Numbered from the stretch's first letter, positions 49,124 to 63,389 are shown. The stretch: 64,000 nucleotides of DNA from Parasitella parasitica NRRL 2501 (GCA_025201805.1 MU619294.1:102072-166071); one strand, 5' to 3'. A program made the numbers and translations. The notes: generated from the letters alone by a model not told the origin.

Positions 49124-52100
49124 TTAGTCGGCATCTACAAACATGCGAGGAGCAATGTTCATAGCCATCAACTCTTGGAATAAAAGTTTACAAGCATAGG
49201 GGATATGGATTTGTGAGATTCTAGTTTTGTTTTTACATGCGCGGCATTCAAAGTTGTTCTTCTTCAAATTGGCGATTGCCATTAAACCACAGATATCACA
49301 AACATGCACACGATACGCATCCGAAGCATCAAACAAACGTTCTTTCAAAAACTGCGCGACACCATGACTGATCATACTGTATTTTTGGGCAGAGTTAAAT
49401 AACAGAGCATACCAAAANNNNNNNNNNNNNNNNNNNNNNNNNNNNNNNNNNNNNNNNNNNNNNNNNNNNNNNNNNNNNNNNNNNNNNNNNNNNNNNNNNN
49501 NNAAAACTTACCAATCTCTTTCCATCTCACCGAATCGAAGACCACCGTCTCTTGAGCGACCTTCGACAGGCTGTCTTGTCAAAATTTGGACAGGACCTCT
49601 TGCTCTACTGTGGATCTTGTCGTCGACCATGTGCTTCAAACGCTGGTAGTAGGTGGGACCCAAGAACACTTGAGCATTCAATTTACGACCCGTAAAGCCG
49701 TTATACATGACTTCAAAGCCACGAGATTGGTAGCCCTGTTCTTTCAAAGCGCTGGAGATGGCTTCGACGGTGACATCGGTGAAAGGCGTAGCGTCACCTT
49801 CATTACCTGTCAAAGTAGATACCTTACCTAGCAAACACTCAATCATGTGGCCAATGGTCATACGAGACGGAATAGCGTGGGGGTTGATGATGAGATCGGG
49901 CGTAATGCCTTCCGCAGAGAAGGGAAAGTCTTCTTGGCGGTAAGTCATACCAATGGTACCCTTCTGACCGTGACGAGAGGCAAACTTGTCGCCCATTTGA
50001 GGGACACGGGTGGAGCGAACACGGACCTTGACAAACTTCAAACCATCTTGATTCGTAGTCAACATGACCTGGTCAACAATACCGGTTTCAGTGGATCTCA
50101 ATGGCGTAGAAGCATCGCGCTTGTTATGAGTGGTGGTTCTCTGGCCCAACTCTTCCGAATCTGCAGGAATAGGCGCTGTTTTGCCAATGATGATGTCGTC
50201 GCCGGATACACGCGTGCCAGGTGCAATCAAGCCATCCTCTTCCAACTTTTCGTAAGTGCCATGCTTCAAGCGCAATGTAGAGTCGCGAGTAGGCTTCTCG
50301 AACTCTTCCATAAACAACATGCCGGCCTTCTTCTCAGCATCCATATAAGTACGGAAAAAGAGAGATCTGAACAAACCACGGTCGATACTGCTCTGGTTCA
50401 TGATGACGGAATCTTCCTGATTGTAGCCAGAATAACACAAGATGGCAACGATGGCGTTCTGACCAGCAGGCAATTCTCTGAAGCGCAAGAATTCCATGGA
50501 TCTCGTTGTAGTGAGAGGCTTTTGGGGGTAGTACAGAATGTTGGCAAGAGTGTCCATGCGAGTCTGGAAATTGGTGAGATAAACACCCATAGCCTGCTTA
50601 CCCATAGCAGACTGATAGGTGTTACGAGGAGACTGGTTGTGATCCGGGAATGGAATGATACTAGCACAGATACCGAGAATCATACTGGGATGAATCTCGC
50701 AATGGGTCCACGTGTGGGAGTAGCTGCCGGTTTGAGATTTGACGCGACTAGCCAGGTCTCTTGTTTCTTGGAGAGGGGCGCCGTACTCTGCTGTCATGTG
50801 CGATTCTGCCAGATCCTCAGGTGTCATACATATCATTGCGGTTTCTTCTTCGTCAGCATCCACATACTCTACAATACCGTCAGCAATCATATTCTGCCAG
50901 CCATAGTCATCCTCCGTGTCCTGGATGCGCGAGATGTGATCGCGAGTCAGCTTCAGTTGTTGGTTTTCTACCAAGAAAAGAGGTCTACAGCAACGCCCAG
51001 CATCCGTATACATTCTTAATTCTCTTTCACGGATATCACGCACAATGCTGACTTCAGGGGAAATATCGACCGAACGTCTCATTTGCTTCAGAGAGGTGAT
51101 CAACTCTCCCGGGTCACGATGAATACCAATCCAAACGCCATTGACAAACACCTTGGTAGCGTCAGCAATGCTTGTAGCGCTCAGCTCTTCCAAATTCTCC
51201 ATGGCCCATTCTTCCAAGAACATGATCAGAGGCGTGGCAGACGAGCCGACAGAGATGTAGGACATGAGAGCCAGATTCTTGACAAGGCCACAAGCCTGTC
51301 CTTCAGGAGTCTCGGCAGGACAGACGAGGCCCCAATGCGTGTTGTGCAATTGACGAGGTTTAGCAATCTTACCATCACGGCCAATGGGGGTGTTGCAACG
51401 ACGCAAATGAGACAAGGTGGAAGTGTAAGTATATCTGTTCAGCACTTGAGACACACCAGCACGAGACTGCATGGCCTTCTTTTGATCGCCCCAGTTACCG
51501 GTAGCAAGAGAGTATTTCAGACCGTTGGTGATTGTATTGGACTTGACCGCAAGAGTCAGATTGAATTCCCTGCTGGATTCGATACATTTTTGCAGGTATT
51601 TGGCCACGTCTTTTGTCAGCTTTTTGAACAAAAGTCTAAACAGACTAGCCATCAAGGGACCAGCCAGATCCATGCGCTTCTTACCGTAGTGATCACGGTC
51701 ATCTAATTCACGACGTTCCAGAGCTGCCAGCAACAGACGATGGATCATGTAGCCAAAGAAGTATGATTTGCGAGTTTCCGTTTTGTATGCTGTACCGACG
51801 TGAGGCAGCAGCTCTTTTTGCAGAATTTCAGAGGCGTATTTGATACGTTTGTCCTTGGTGGCGCCGACGGTAGTGCCTCTTTTACCAATGTAATCCAGGG
51901 CCACGTCTTGGTCTTGGATGACAAAGGACTCTTCAATAGAAGGCTTGAGCAGTTCCAGCATCTCATAATCGTTGCGATCATAACAGATGTGCTCCAACAC
52001 ATCTCTATCAGCGACCTGTCCCAAGGCTCTAAAGACAATGACGATGGGCACCTCAGACCGGATATAGGGCAGAGCAGCGCGGATGCATTGGCCAGAGGAG

Positions 52101-53182
52101 CCTCGTTCGGACGTAGCTCTCATCATTTTGATAAACAACGGAGAGGCATTCTTGGAGCCCTTTTCAGGCTGTGATCTGATTTCAGCAGTGTATTGAAAGT
52201 TGGAAGGAGGGGCTTTGGAAAAGACGTAGACTGTGTTTGTTGCCATGCGTTCCTGAGCAATCAATACCTTTTCCGAGCCGTTGATGACAAAGTAGCCACC
52301 CATATCAAACGAGCATTCGTTGAGCTCGTGCATTGAGCTTTCAGGCATATCGTGAAGGATGCAGTAAGTAGATCTCAGCATGATGGGCACCTTTCCGATG
52401 AAAACTTTGGTCATAGGCGGTGGCTCCGAGCCATTCTCGTCCTGGAACAAGTCATTGGGGTTTCTGCTCGTGTTGTTTGGGTCGTATGGCGTTGCAATCT
52501 GTGTGCGTTTACCCATGTCGACATAGAGAGGAGACGCGTATCTACAGAATGTATTGCGGCATTTAGCTTTGTTACTAGTCTCGGCATGTGTGTTTATGTC
52601 AACCATACGTTAAATTACGGATACGCGCTTCTTGGGGAAACATGGGCTGGGCAGTACCGTCAGCTTCAGTCATGGTGGGTTTCGACAGGTAAATCTGGCC
52701 AAAGTCAATGATATATCGTTTCTAATGCAAAACGTATGTGTCAGTCATTGCTATACTCGAAAAAAAAAAAGAAGCCTAAACATAAACCGCTTTACAGTAA
52801 CATCGCCGTCTCCACCGACATGTTGGAGAACAAGGTTCGAGTTTTCATCCACGAGTTCCTGCATGGTATTCTGCACAAACTCATCAAAGGAATCGAGCTG
52901 CTGTCTGACCAGGCCTTTTTCCTCAAAGAACGAGGAAATCACTGTCCAACAATCTTCCTGGCTACATTCAATTTACGTGAGTGTCTGTTCAGCCGCAGAT
53001 GCGAAATGGTAATTGCCACGTACGTGATGGGTTCGTCTTCATACATCTCTCCGCCGTCAGGGAGAAAGTATTCTAGAGCATTTCAATAAAATCAATGAGA
53101 ACGGGGGGGGGCAATTGTACAGGAAAAATAGCTTGTTACCATTCTCTGCCATTCTGTAGCTGTCGTCCATAATATCAGTCAT
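49124..53182 (-). CDS. RPB2: RNA polymerase II second-largest subunit
   Basis: [76 protein letters not shown]. An N gap lies in the last intron. Confidence 0.98.
49418..49502. other. Assembly gap (N run); others at 35164-35178 and 42379-42398
   Basis: N characters, each next to A/T homopolymers. Confidence 0.99.
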
Positions 53183-53398
53183 GTTGGGTTATCAATGGTG
53201 TGTATGCGGGTGGGGGTGGGATGGAGGTTTTTTCCTTTTTTCTAAGCTTTTTGTCGCTGAACGAGGGTTGATGGGGTTGATCTCAAAGCAATCCAAAATT
53301 CTTTCTTTCTGTCTTTCTGTAGATGTCTGTTGTTTTCAGGGCTACAAACGTGTAGAAATGTTAGTCCATTGATCACATGTATATGACTGATATGCTTG

Positions 53399-53421
53399 CA
53401 CACACACACACACACACACAC
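53399..53421. repeat. (CA)n microsatellite in the RPB2/TTI2 divergent intergenic region
   Basis: Run of ~11 CA units read directly. Confidence 0.9.
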
Positions 53422-53606
53422 GCACACTCAGCAACAACAATACAAGTATTAAAAAAAGAAAAAAGAAAAAAAGCAAAAGCGTCAAGTTCCAGCTACGGGG
53501 AAGAAGAAAAAAAAAGACAAGCAGAGGGGGGAAAAAAAATCTTCAAGAAATAGAACTTCCAACCCGCGCAGCACCACTAGCAACAGGCTACGATAACCAA
53601 TGCTAG

Positions 53607-54870
53607 CACGTCACGAAAGCCTTGACTCCCGAGCTGCTGTGTCCTTCTTTGCTCAACTTTGTCAATCAATCATTACGCCCAATGGACCAATTCATCGAAT
53701 CGTACTGCAGCTGCGAAACATCCAACAAGGCAAAGCATGTTATTGAGCAGCACACCGCTGACGTGTTGTCGACTACGCTGCAATCTGTGTTCAAAAAGCA
53801 AGCATTGATCCATCCAAACCTAGCCAGGCGACTGCAGTCCAGATACGGGGCGAAAAGCTTTGACATCCATGAAGATCAGCAATGGAAAGACGGCTGTTAT
53901 GTGGAGCTTTTATGCTGGCTTTTAGACAATGTATCAGTAGGTGTATCTTACAAGGCCTCGAAAATGCGCATGATGACTGATGAGTTGTCCTAGACGCAGC
54001 AGTTGCAAGACAATGTGCATTTGATTATACCCCCAGTGCTGATTGTTCTCGATGATTACAATGTTGAATACAAAGAAAAAGGCGTCCGCATGCTGCAACT
54101 GATAATTCACGGGCTGGAGCCACAGTATATTTCAAAATTCGGCCTGGACAATGTATTTCTAGAGGTATTTTTTGATGAATGTGGCCATCTCCAGTACCAA
54201 CGAAATATGCTAAACAATTTGCCAAGTCCTTGTTCAAATGCCTTACTTATTTATCGCAAGACCGCGATATCCCTCTATTGAGAGCAACATACCCTTGCAT
54301 TCTAGAACTAATCGCAACAAAAAAGCAAGGCCAAGCCAGGTCAAATTTATTCGAACGAGTATTGAAAGAAGGGATTCTAGCAGGGTTTCGCTATGCTGGG
54401 CAAAAGATCAAATTTCTGCCCATACTGCTAAGGCATATCCCAACCTTGTATGACGAACTAGGATCTATCGGCGTGCAGTATCTGAAAGCATTAGTACCAG
54501 CGCTCTGTTCTGCCATGGCAATGCCATCAAATCACAATCCTATTATCAAGGAGATCAACCAGCTGGCAGCAACATCCCTGGTCGCATTAATAAAGAAGTG
54601 CTGGCCTTGTATACCTTTATATCGGGGCCTGATCATGCATTCTTTGGCAAAGACTTGGACGTATTATTTTGCTGCGAAAGGCAAGTGTATATTGCTAGTA
54701 TTTTAACTGCCATGTGAATTAACTCTAGGTAAACAGACGAGGCCATGTGCCAAACATTGAAGCAGCTCTATCAAGTTTTTGAAGCTGCATGTCAAGGACA
54801 AGAAAAAGAAGACACAAAGGCTTTGATCAAATACAACCCTGTTGTTTTTGAGTCTTTATTTTGCATGTAA
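53607..54870 (+). CDS. TTI2: TTI2-like (TTT complex) HEAT protein; 5' end unresolved
   Basis: HLIIPPVLIVLDDYNVEYKEKG, ELGSIGVQYLKALVP, LIKKCWP. The last intron is GC-AG. An in-frame TAG at 53604-53606 leaves the start unclear. Confidence 0.65.
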
Positions 54871-55163
54871 ATAAATCAATTAACGTAAAGATGTTCCTGA
54901 TTTACCCTGAAAAACAAAACAAAACATTATCTCGTGTACTACCGTATATCCCGCCTATATTTCTCAAACATGTATACAAAAATTGATGAATGAAAGACGT
55001 AAATTGCTCCTTTGTGCAATTCCTCACTAAATATTCATGGTCAACCAATCTGATGCCAGACCCCAAGCAAGTCAAGCTGGCAGATAGCAGGTCTGGTTTA
55101 CGACAGCAAGGCTTTATTGGTCTAGTCTATTTACATTCTATTATCAAGATTGAAAACTCTGGA

Positions 55164-56498
55164 TTACTGGAATTTTGCATGTTGATCAGGAATGACCAAG
55201 CAGCGGATACCGAGGTAGTTGCAGATACTGTCAATAACTAGAACTGCCCAGCGAAGGTACAACACAAGCGCCAAAACAAAGTAGCACACCAGGTACACAA
55301 ACTCGGACTGTGGCGTAAAGATAGGCTCCATATTCGTGTAGGCTGGCAAGTTGGCAATGATTGCTCCCAGCACTAAAGGAATCAGCAGGCCAGTTGGTAG
55401 AGGCGATTCCGATTTTGTAAGATGGGCCAAGATAATCTTGGAGCAAATGCGGCCAAACACAATGCCCACAGCCAACAGATAAATAGCATAGTGCTGATGA
55501 GACAAAATGAAGGAATAGGGCGAGGTGACCCAGAGATAAAACGAGACGGTATACAGTGAGATTTGCCAATTATCGTACAGCATGGAGCGAATAAATGGCT
55601 TACCCTTTTGACGACATGCTTTGTACATTGCATAGAAACTGTTGCTGCACGTTAGAAAAACACGCCGTTTTTGTCTGTGCACACGCAACGATGACTTACC
55701 ACACAGGGACGTGAGTCAAAAGAAACATAATCCCAATAAACCAGATGTATGCATCGGTTAATGTCAATTCTCGCATAAAAGAAGGCAGACTATCGAAAAT
55801 AGAGACGAGCGGCGTCTTCCAAATCATGGGGCCGTAGAGGCCAGAAATTACGTACATGACACACAATATACAGACACCTTCTGTTGGCACGTTGACATAG
55901 CCAAGGTATAACGTTCCTGTGTGGTATTCCTCAATCGTGGATAAATAAAACCCTGTGGTGGCAATTAGGTAAATAACAACGGCATTCTTCGTATGTCCCA
56001 AGCCCAGCGCTGACATTTGTATGATGGAAGCAAATGAGCAATTGATAGCATCGCAGCCGTGATCAAACAGCTCGCCCAGCGGGCTTGAAGAACCGGTTCT
56101 TCTCGCTTGGCGGCCATCAACATTATCAAACGTTGAGTATAGCCACAAGCCAAGGGCAAACGAAAAATAAATCCACGCCGGGCCTGCATCCTCGGCTTCC
56201 ATGGTGGGGACAAAGATAAAGACAAGAATCACATTGAAAATGATAAACATCAGACCTGTCAAAGTGATGAGATTAGGCCTAGTTGGTGTGTGTATAAATG
56301 CACGAATGGATAGGTTAGCGATTGAAACAACCTAAAAGTGTGCTTTCACATGTGTATTTACGCCATGTTCAAAGGAAAGAAGTCGATGCATACATCCCAG
56401 TAATGACGAAGAATATATCTTGACAAAAAAGACTTGTCAATACTCGAATATTTGTACAATTTCAAGTTTGAAAGCTGTTCATCTGTCAACATTGCCAT
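55164..56498 (-). CDS. Choline/ethanolamine phosphotransferase (CDP-alcohol phosphotransferase; CPT1/EPT1 family)
   Basis: YKYSSIDKS, PNLITLTG, DNVDGRQARRTGSSSPLGELFDHGCD, EEYHTGTLYLG. Confidence 0.93.
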
Positions 56499-56790
56499 GG
56501 TTACAATAGAATCTGCCCTAACGAAAAGAAAAAAAAAAGACAGAAAAAAAACTTTTTTGACCAAACTAGTTGCTTTTTTTTGGGGGTGTGTGTGGACCAA
56601 TTTAACCTCACACATCTTCCGAGTAAATTTTTTTTTTTATAAAAGTATCGGTAATATGAGAGTGGAAGGGCTGTAATAGAGATTATGATGATATATTAAT
56701 TAGAGAGGAACACGCAAGCCCCTCGTTTCAAAACAGTTTGTTAAAGATGTTCCCAAAACACAGCTGCATGTATTATAAAAAGTTGTTTAT

Positions 56791-58333
56791 TCAGGAACGG
56801 CCAAGGACAGTCAGCATATCTTGTATATTTGTAAATTTCTCCCGAGGTTTGCCCAATTTCTCGCCCATCGCAAATTCAGCGGCTTCAATCTTCTTCCAGT
56901 CATCGTAGCTGACAGGTTGAATATGACGCTCCTTCATCAATCGCTCCAACCCTTCAGCCCCAAGTTTAGGCGACTGCAGATTGCCCAGCATTTCTTTGCC
57001 ATTTTTTAAATCTTCCACAATGGTATCGGCTGTTTCGTAAGCATCTGTCATAGTGGACACAATGACGCCGGAAGGGCCTCGTTTGAGCCAGCCGGAAGTG
57101 TACATGCCAGCAACTTCATTGTCACCCTCTACGATTTTACCATAGTGATTTGGCACTCTACCTTGGCGATCATCAAAAGGCACGCCTTCGATGGGCACGC
57201 TTTTATAGCCAATGCTTGTGAAAACCATTCCGCACTCTTGCGATTCGAATTCACCTGTGCCAACAGCTCTGCGCTTCTCTAAGGGACCCTCCAAACGGTT
57301 TATTTCATACTTGATTCCATGGATTCTGTTGTTTCTTGCTAAAATCTCGACAGGACTACGCAGGAATTGGGCTGTCCATGATTTTTCTGCATTCCTTGTA
57401 GGTGATCCCTTCTCTAACAATCCCATCAAACGCTTCAATGGTCGGTTTTTGCTGATAAAAGGTTGGGACTCTGCAATTTCTCTTTTAATAAAGTCCATGT
57501 CAGCTCTGAATTCTACCCCAGGAAGCGCCATTTGCTCTCTCAACTCTTTCGAAGTGAATGACACCTTGATTCCACATAGTTTAGATTTGCAGTTTTTAAA
57601 ATTTGTGCATTAAAACCTACTTGAACTGGGCCTCTGCGCCCGACAACATGAACATGCCTGATTCTGCTTTTGGACAGTGCTTCCAATGCATACTCTGTTA
57701 TGTCTGTTTTTCTCAATTCATCAATTGGACTTAGCAGAATACGCGCAATATCGAGCGCAACATTTCCTTGTCCAACAACAACAGCCGTGCCGGTATCGTC
57801 CAAAGCCAGCTTCAAATCTCTGTAACTAGGATGGCCATTGTACCACCCTACAAAACTTTGAGCAGACTCGACTCCAAAAGTATCCTCCCCTGGTATCCCC
57901 ATCTTTCTGTCTTTACTGGCACCATAGGAAAGAAGCACAGCGTCAAAGTTGCTTTGAAGATCTTTAATGCTCAAAGACTTGCTGCTGTTTGTTCCTATTG
58001 GAACGTTGCCTAGGAAACGGAATCGGTCATCTTCTGCAACTTTATCAAAGGTTGTCATTACGTTCTATCCACGGATTTAGAAAGTCTTGTTTTTTTTTTT
58101 TTTTTTACATGGATGCCATAGTCACTTACTTTGACCTCGGGATGGTCTGGAGCAACACCAAAACGCACAAGGCCGTGAGGCACAGGCAAGCTGTCAAACA
58201 TATCTATTTGAGTGTTGGGCCATTCCTTCAGCAGCCTATGTGCTGTATAAAAGCCGGCTGGGCCACTACCAACGATGGCAAGCTTGAAAGGCCCACCTGC
58301 TGCTGCTGTGAATGCCCTGGAAATTAATGACAT
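56791..58333 (-). CDS. ARH1: Mitochondrial NADPH:adrenodoxin (ferredoxin) oxidoreductase
   Basis: IVGSGPAGFY, GLVRFGVAPDHPEVK, VVGQGNVALD, VGRRGP, GWLKRGPSGVI, KPREK. Confidence 0.95.
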
Positions 58334-59275
58334 GTTCAATTTACAGTTGTCAGGTGAAAAACGATCGTCTTTTAATACAACCCCCCCCCCACACACACAC
58401 ACAATCCCTTTTAATATTAGGGAGTCACTGGTAAATATTTAAGAGGAATCGTCCTAAACTCGAGGTTTTTCTTAGTAATCTAGAAAAGGATTACGATTGG
58501 GAGAACAGGGTTGGGTGGGTGATATATAGTGCAGCACTGTGCATTAATGATTCATTGCATATTATATATAAAGCCAAGCTTGTGTCACAGTCTCTCAAAA
58601 TTAGAGCTTGAAAGCACAAATTTTGAAGTGATCTTTATACTGTACACTTTTATTGACACGGCTTTTGGTCGATAAATTCGAGTTTTCCAGAGTCTGCAGA
58701 ATTCAAATATAGACCCTTACCACGACGATTCAGTGTGATACAAGCTTTTTGATCTGCCTGGAAAACCATAGTTATCAGGAACCCCTTCTACCAAGACTCT
58801 TGCTATTTATATAATTTCAAAAGTTTTAATTTATTATCAAACGTAGCCACACGCAAGGCGAGTTTGCGGATTGTACCAGAAAATTAACATGTCCTACACA
58901 TCGAGCAGAGAAAGAAAAGGGGGGCGGGGGGAAAAGATATTTGATTTCAAAATTATCATGTTCATACATGCTCGTCGACAACAAAAGACGTGGAAGCAAG
59001 GAGTGTAGCGCAGAGAGCAAAAATTCATTTTTCCCTGTTATAAAAGTATATATTGGAAAGGAGAGACAAGATGGTGCTTCTGGCTTACACATAAATATAC
59101 TGATTGACAAAAAAAATTTTTTTTTTCTTCGTCTCTCCTTACTAGAGCATGCAACAGACTATCCCCTTAATTTCACTTTATTTTACTGCATTGATATATA
59201 AATGACACTCCCTCTCTTGTTTTCTTCTACTTCTTCTACTTTTTCTTCTTCTTCTTTATAAGCAACAACATCTAA

Positions 59276-62243
59276 ATGGAAAATCAAGCCATCATCGCAG
59301 CATCATTAAAAAAAGAGACATCTCCCGCCGCAGTATTGCAAGTGAGCGATGGCCACGATTTCGACTTTTCGTTTGCTGCTGAAACAGCAAGCTCATCCAT
59401 CAGCAGTAGCCGCTCAAGCATGAGCAGCTTCGATAGCAACCATGATCACACTACTCCGCTTGAGCTCGGGCTTGTCATAAATGCGCTGCAAACTTCTCTT
59501 ACAGAGCAGCAGCAAACAGAGAGGGAGGAGGAGGAGGAGGAGCAATTGAAAAGAAGGCAGCAATTGTCTACCAATACTACAGTAAAAGCCTCCACAGCAG
59601 CAGCAGCAGGAAAAGCTGAGCGTTCAGAGGAAGCTGCAGCTACGACAGTGTTGCCATCTACTACCTTTGGATCAAAAGGCTTGAAGAGAGAGTTGACTGT
59701 CATTGTTGGCTCTGAATTGGATCATGGCGTGAATGGTGTTACTGCCGCCTCCAGAGAAAGGAGTGGTGCAATTGGATCTGCAAATGTGATCGCTTTAGAT
59801 CCTGTCGATCCAAAGTCTGTCAAACCAAATAACCTCACTCCTCGTGAACAAGAGAAAGCAGGTATAGTGCAATTAACCCACAGGCTTTAAGTATCCTCGC
59901 TAATCCCTTGCCTATTCAGACGAGCCAGTTTTAAAAGCTATTCACCATCTATTTAGCAACCAATTCATGAAAGCAAAAAGACTGTTTGAGGAGAATGCTC
60001 AAACGTAGGTGCACAAGTACTGTTTATTCCTTGCAAATATCTAACTGTCGTTGTAATAGAGATCCTCTCCATGCGCTGGGCTTGGGCTCTATGGTATTCT
60101 TAAAAGGTAAAATATCCCAGAATTTACAATAGCAAATTCGCCAAAAAAAAGAAAAAAAAAAAAAAACTAACCGCTTTTCAATTCGATTCGCAGCGTTAAT
60201 GTCCAACAATAAACAATCCACTGACAACGCTCTTAAAGTGTTAATGTCGACATACGGCATTGCCACCGCACAAATCGACAACTCGACGAAAAGAAATGTG
60301 GGAGGCACTGTAATACAGTACCTGTCATCTTACTGCAATACGATCAAATTTTCTCGCGGAAAAGGAGTGCCAACAAACGTGACTCCTGCTAAACCCAAAG
60401 CTCTGGAAATGCACAAAGTAAACATCATCCCAAATGGCGTCCTGAGAGCACACGTCGTTAAAGCGGAGGCGTGTCTGCAGATGGCTATACTTTATCTTTT
60501 ACAAGAGAGCGTTACCGGATACATCAAGTGTGGGCTGAACTTGAGAAGAGGCAAGTACTCTGGGAGACATTTTTTTTTTTTTTTTTTTTTTTCAAAAGAC
60601 TCTTTTGAATAACTCGTATTTTCATTATAGCATACTCAAGCTATAGCATTGTTTGGCAAGAGTACAAACGAATGGGGCAATTGCATAACGAGTATATTGA
60701 CAGAGACACGATTTCTGGCATACAGTTTGGCATCGGTGCTGTGCACTTGGTTCTGTCATCTTTGCCTCAAAAAATACTAAGGACCGTTGCAGCCTTTGGC
60801 TGGAAAGCAGACAAGCATTTGGGCTTTGCTTTGCTGAAGCTATGTTTAGAGAACCGCCAAGCTAGAGCTTCCATGTCCTCAGTTATGCTTTTGGCGTACT
60901 ATACCACCTTGACAAGCTTGTGTCCTCAAATCTTGGGAGAGGAATACACACAACCCGCAATCGAAACGCTCTTGGACGCTCAAAAAGTATACCCCAATTC
61001 TACCATCTTCTTGTATTTTGCTGGCAAAACATCGAGATTGGCTCGTAATTTATCCCTTTCAACGCAATCCTTTCTGTATTCGATCGAAACCAGCAAAAAC
61101 GAATGGGCAGAGGTGGAAGTGCTTCACATGTGCAACTACGAAATTGGCTTCAACCATATGATGAAAAACAACTGGCAAGAAGCAGCTACTGTCTTCCAAG
61201 CGCTGTACAAGGAAAGATACTGGTCTCAGCCCATATTCAAATACTTGACTGGGTCTTGCTTGGATATGATGGGTCGTCGTACAGAAGCCATTTTAGCCTT
61301 TGCAGAAATCCCTCAGCTAGTGAAAGCAAACAACAACAAAAACTCCAACACCCACGGCATTGAACAGTACATTTTACGCAAGATCAAGTTGTTTCAATCA
61401 AGCGGTTACCAGGACATGGATATGACCATGTGTGCTTTGGAATACATGTATCTTTACAATGCTTACGAGTTTATGGAGATTGCACAATTGGAGCAAAACC
61501 TGGCACTGACAGATTACGCATTGAACAAAATTTTGGAGGCAGAGAAGCTGGAATATGGTATCCGCACGACAGAACTCCTACCAGAGACACCTCCGCCAGC
61601 CTATTACGACCAAAGAGCAGCTTTACTACTCATCAAGGCCTCTATTTTCAACGCAATGGGTCGCCATCACGAATCTGTTATTCATCTCAATTGGATCATT
61701 GATCACAAAGAGAAAATCATCACTGACAAATGGATCGTTCCTTTTGCTTACTGGGAAGTGGGAATGACGTCTTGGAGCATTGGCCAGAAAGCTCGCGGCC
61801 GAAACTTCTGGGAAAAGGCTTTATCCTATACTAACTACGACTTTGAGTATAAATTAGCTTTGGTAAGTGAAATTTCTCTGTTTTATCCTCTCCATCCTTA
61901 ATCTAACAGCCGATTCTGCGTATAATAGAGAGTTAATTTGGCTTTGACAAAAGCTTCAGAGATTGGAATTGATGGAAAATCAGAAAAGGCTTCACCAAGA
62001 GAGTATGAAGAATATCAGCAATGCGGCCCTATACATCAAAGTCCATGTGGCAGCGAAATAGGAGGAAGCTATTATGAACTGGATGACGATGACAAGAAAG
62101 AAGACGACGACATATCATCTACTAAATCCCTGAACTCTGATTCTACTGCTCATACCGTGAACCTGCCGCACAAGGTTGCAGAGGAAATCGAGCTAGTTGT
62201 TGATCAATTGAAGCTTGGCTCCGAACAACCAACAGTAGCCTGA
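59276..62243 (+). CDS. IML2/TTC39 (DUF3808)-family TPR protein, multi-exon
   Basis: SGIQFGIGAVHLVLSSLP, YPNSTIFLYFAG, CNYEIG, YWSQPIFKYLTG, YTNYDFEYKL; low-complexity N-terminus. Confidence 0.85.
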
Positions 62244-62924
62244 AATAATAATATACAAAAGTAAATAATGATAATAACACTCTACCACCTTTCCATTTTT
62301 TGTCAAAAGACACGAGTATTTTTTATTTTTTTAATAAAGATATGGTAAAGCCTCGTGAACCCAACAAGGTAGTAAATCTAGATCTACTTGCTGGTGTGCT
62401 CCAGATATAATATACAGATCATAAATATATATATATATATATAAAAAGGCTTTATAAGTATTGGTATTAGCACATTTGATTTTATCAGTTGAACATTAAA
62501 AGGAAAGTCAAAGGAACTCCTTGAAATACGAGGTCCAAAATGATATTTTGTACCGTAATCATTGAACTCTGCCGCTTTTTGCTGTATCTGTTAGCGACTA
62601 TGTATTCTTGCTTTGAACTGCCCTGCCAGAATTGTCCTGATTTTCACGCTCCTATAAATAATCAGATGACATTTGCAAACAGATATCTGCCTTTAACAGT
62701 TGTGGATAATACTATAATCAGCTAAGACTAGGAAATTGTCCAAACTAATAAATTTTATGCTTTCATATACTTTGTGTTGAACAGCATGAAAATATTTGAA
62801 ACTACCTCTTCGTCTCTTTTAAAATACCGAATTTTTGTCTTACAATATTAATAGTTCTTTGTGCGCGCTCTCTTCAGCTTTGGTTCAATAGTATGTGCTA
62901 GTATTTCGATATCATGTTGGCAAG

Positions 62925-63325
62925 TGAAGACGGTTACGACAACTGGTTAACACCTTAATTTTTATAAGAGGGACATTCGACATCTTGGACGAACAGATAT
63001 CCTGAAATGAAAGGCCTTTATCTTATCATGGATAATGCCCCGATTCATTCATCGAGTGAAATAAGTGAGATGGTACAGAATAGAAACAAAGACTATAAAT
63101 GTGTATATCTTCCTCCACACTATCCAGAAATGAATCCAATTGAGCAATTCTGGGCTATTGTTAAGCATAAACGTAAAGCGTAATAAACTTATGAAGTCTG
63201 AAACGCTCCCACAAAGAATAACTGAAGCAAGTAATCAAGTTCCTTTATCTCAACTTGTCAACATTACTCAACACTCTAAAAATTATTTCGAAAACTGCTT
63301 AAACAAAGTACCTCTACTATTTAAA
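62925..63325 (+). mobile_element. Tc1/IS630 transposase C-terminal relic (frameshifted)
   Basis: YPEMKGLYLIMDNAPIHSSSEISEMVQNRNKDYKCVYLPPHYPEMNPIEQFWAIVK, then after a shift RNKLMKSETLPQRITEASNQV...CLNKVPL. Confidence 0.88.
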
Positions 63326-63389
63326 TTGAATATCATGTAGTTTTTAATGCAACAGAGGAAGGCGAGTTACTAGAAAAAATTATGGCTGT

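Noticed and set aside
49847-51706. Long plus-strand ORFs (390 and 207 aa) opposite RPB2
   Set aside because: Antisense shadows expected from RPB2 codon bias; no recognisable motifs.
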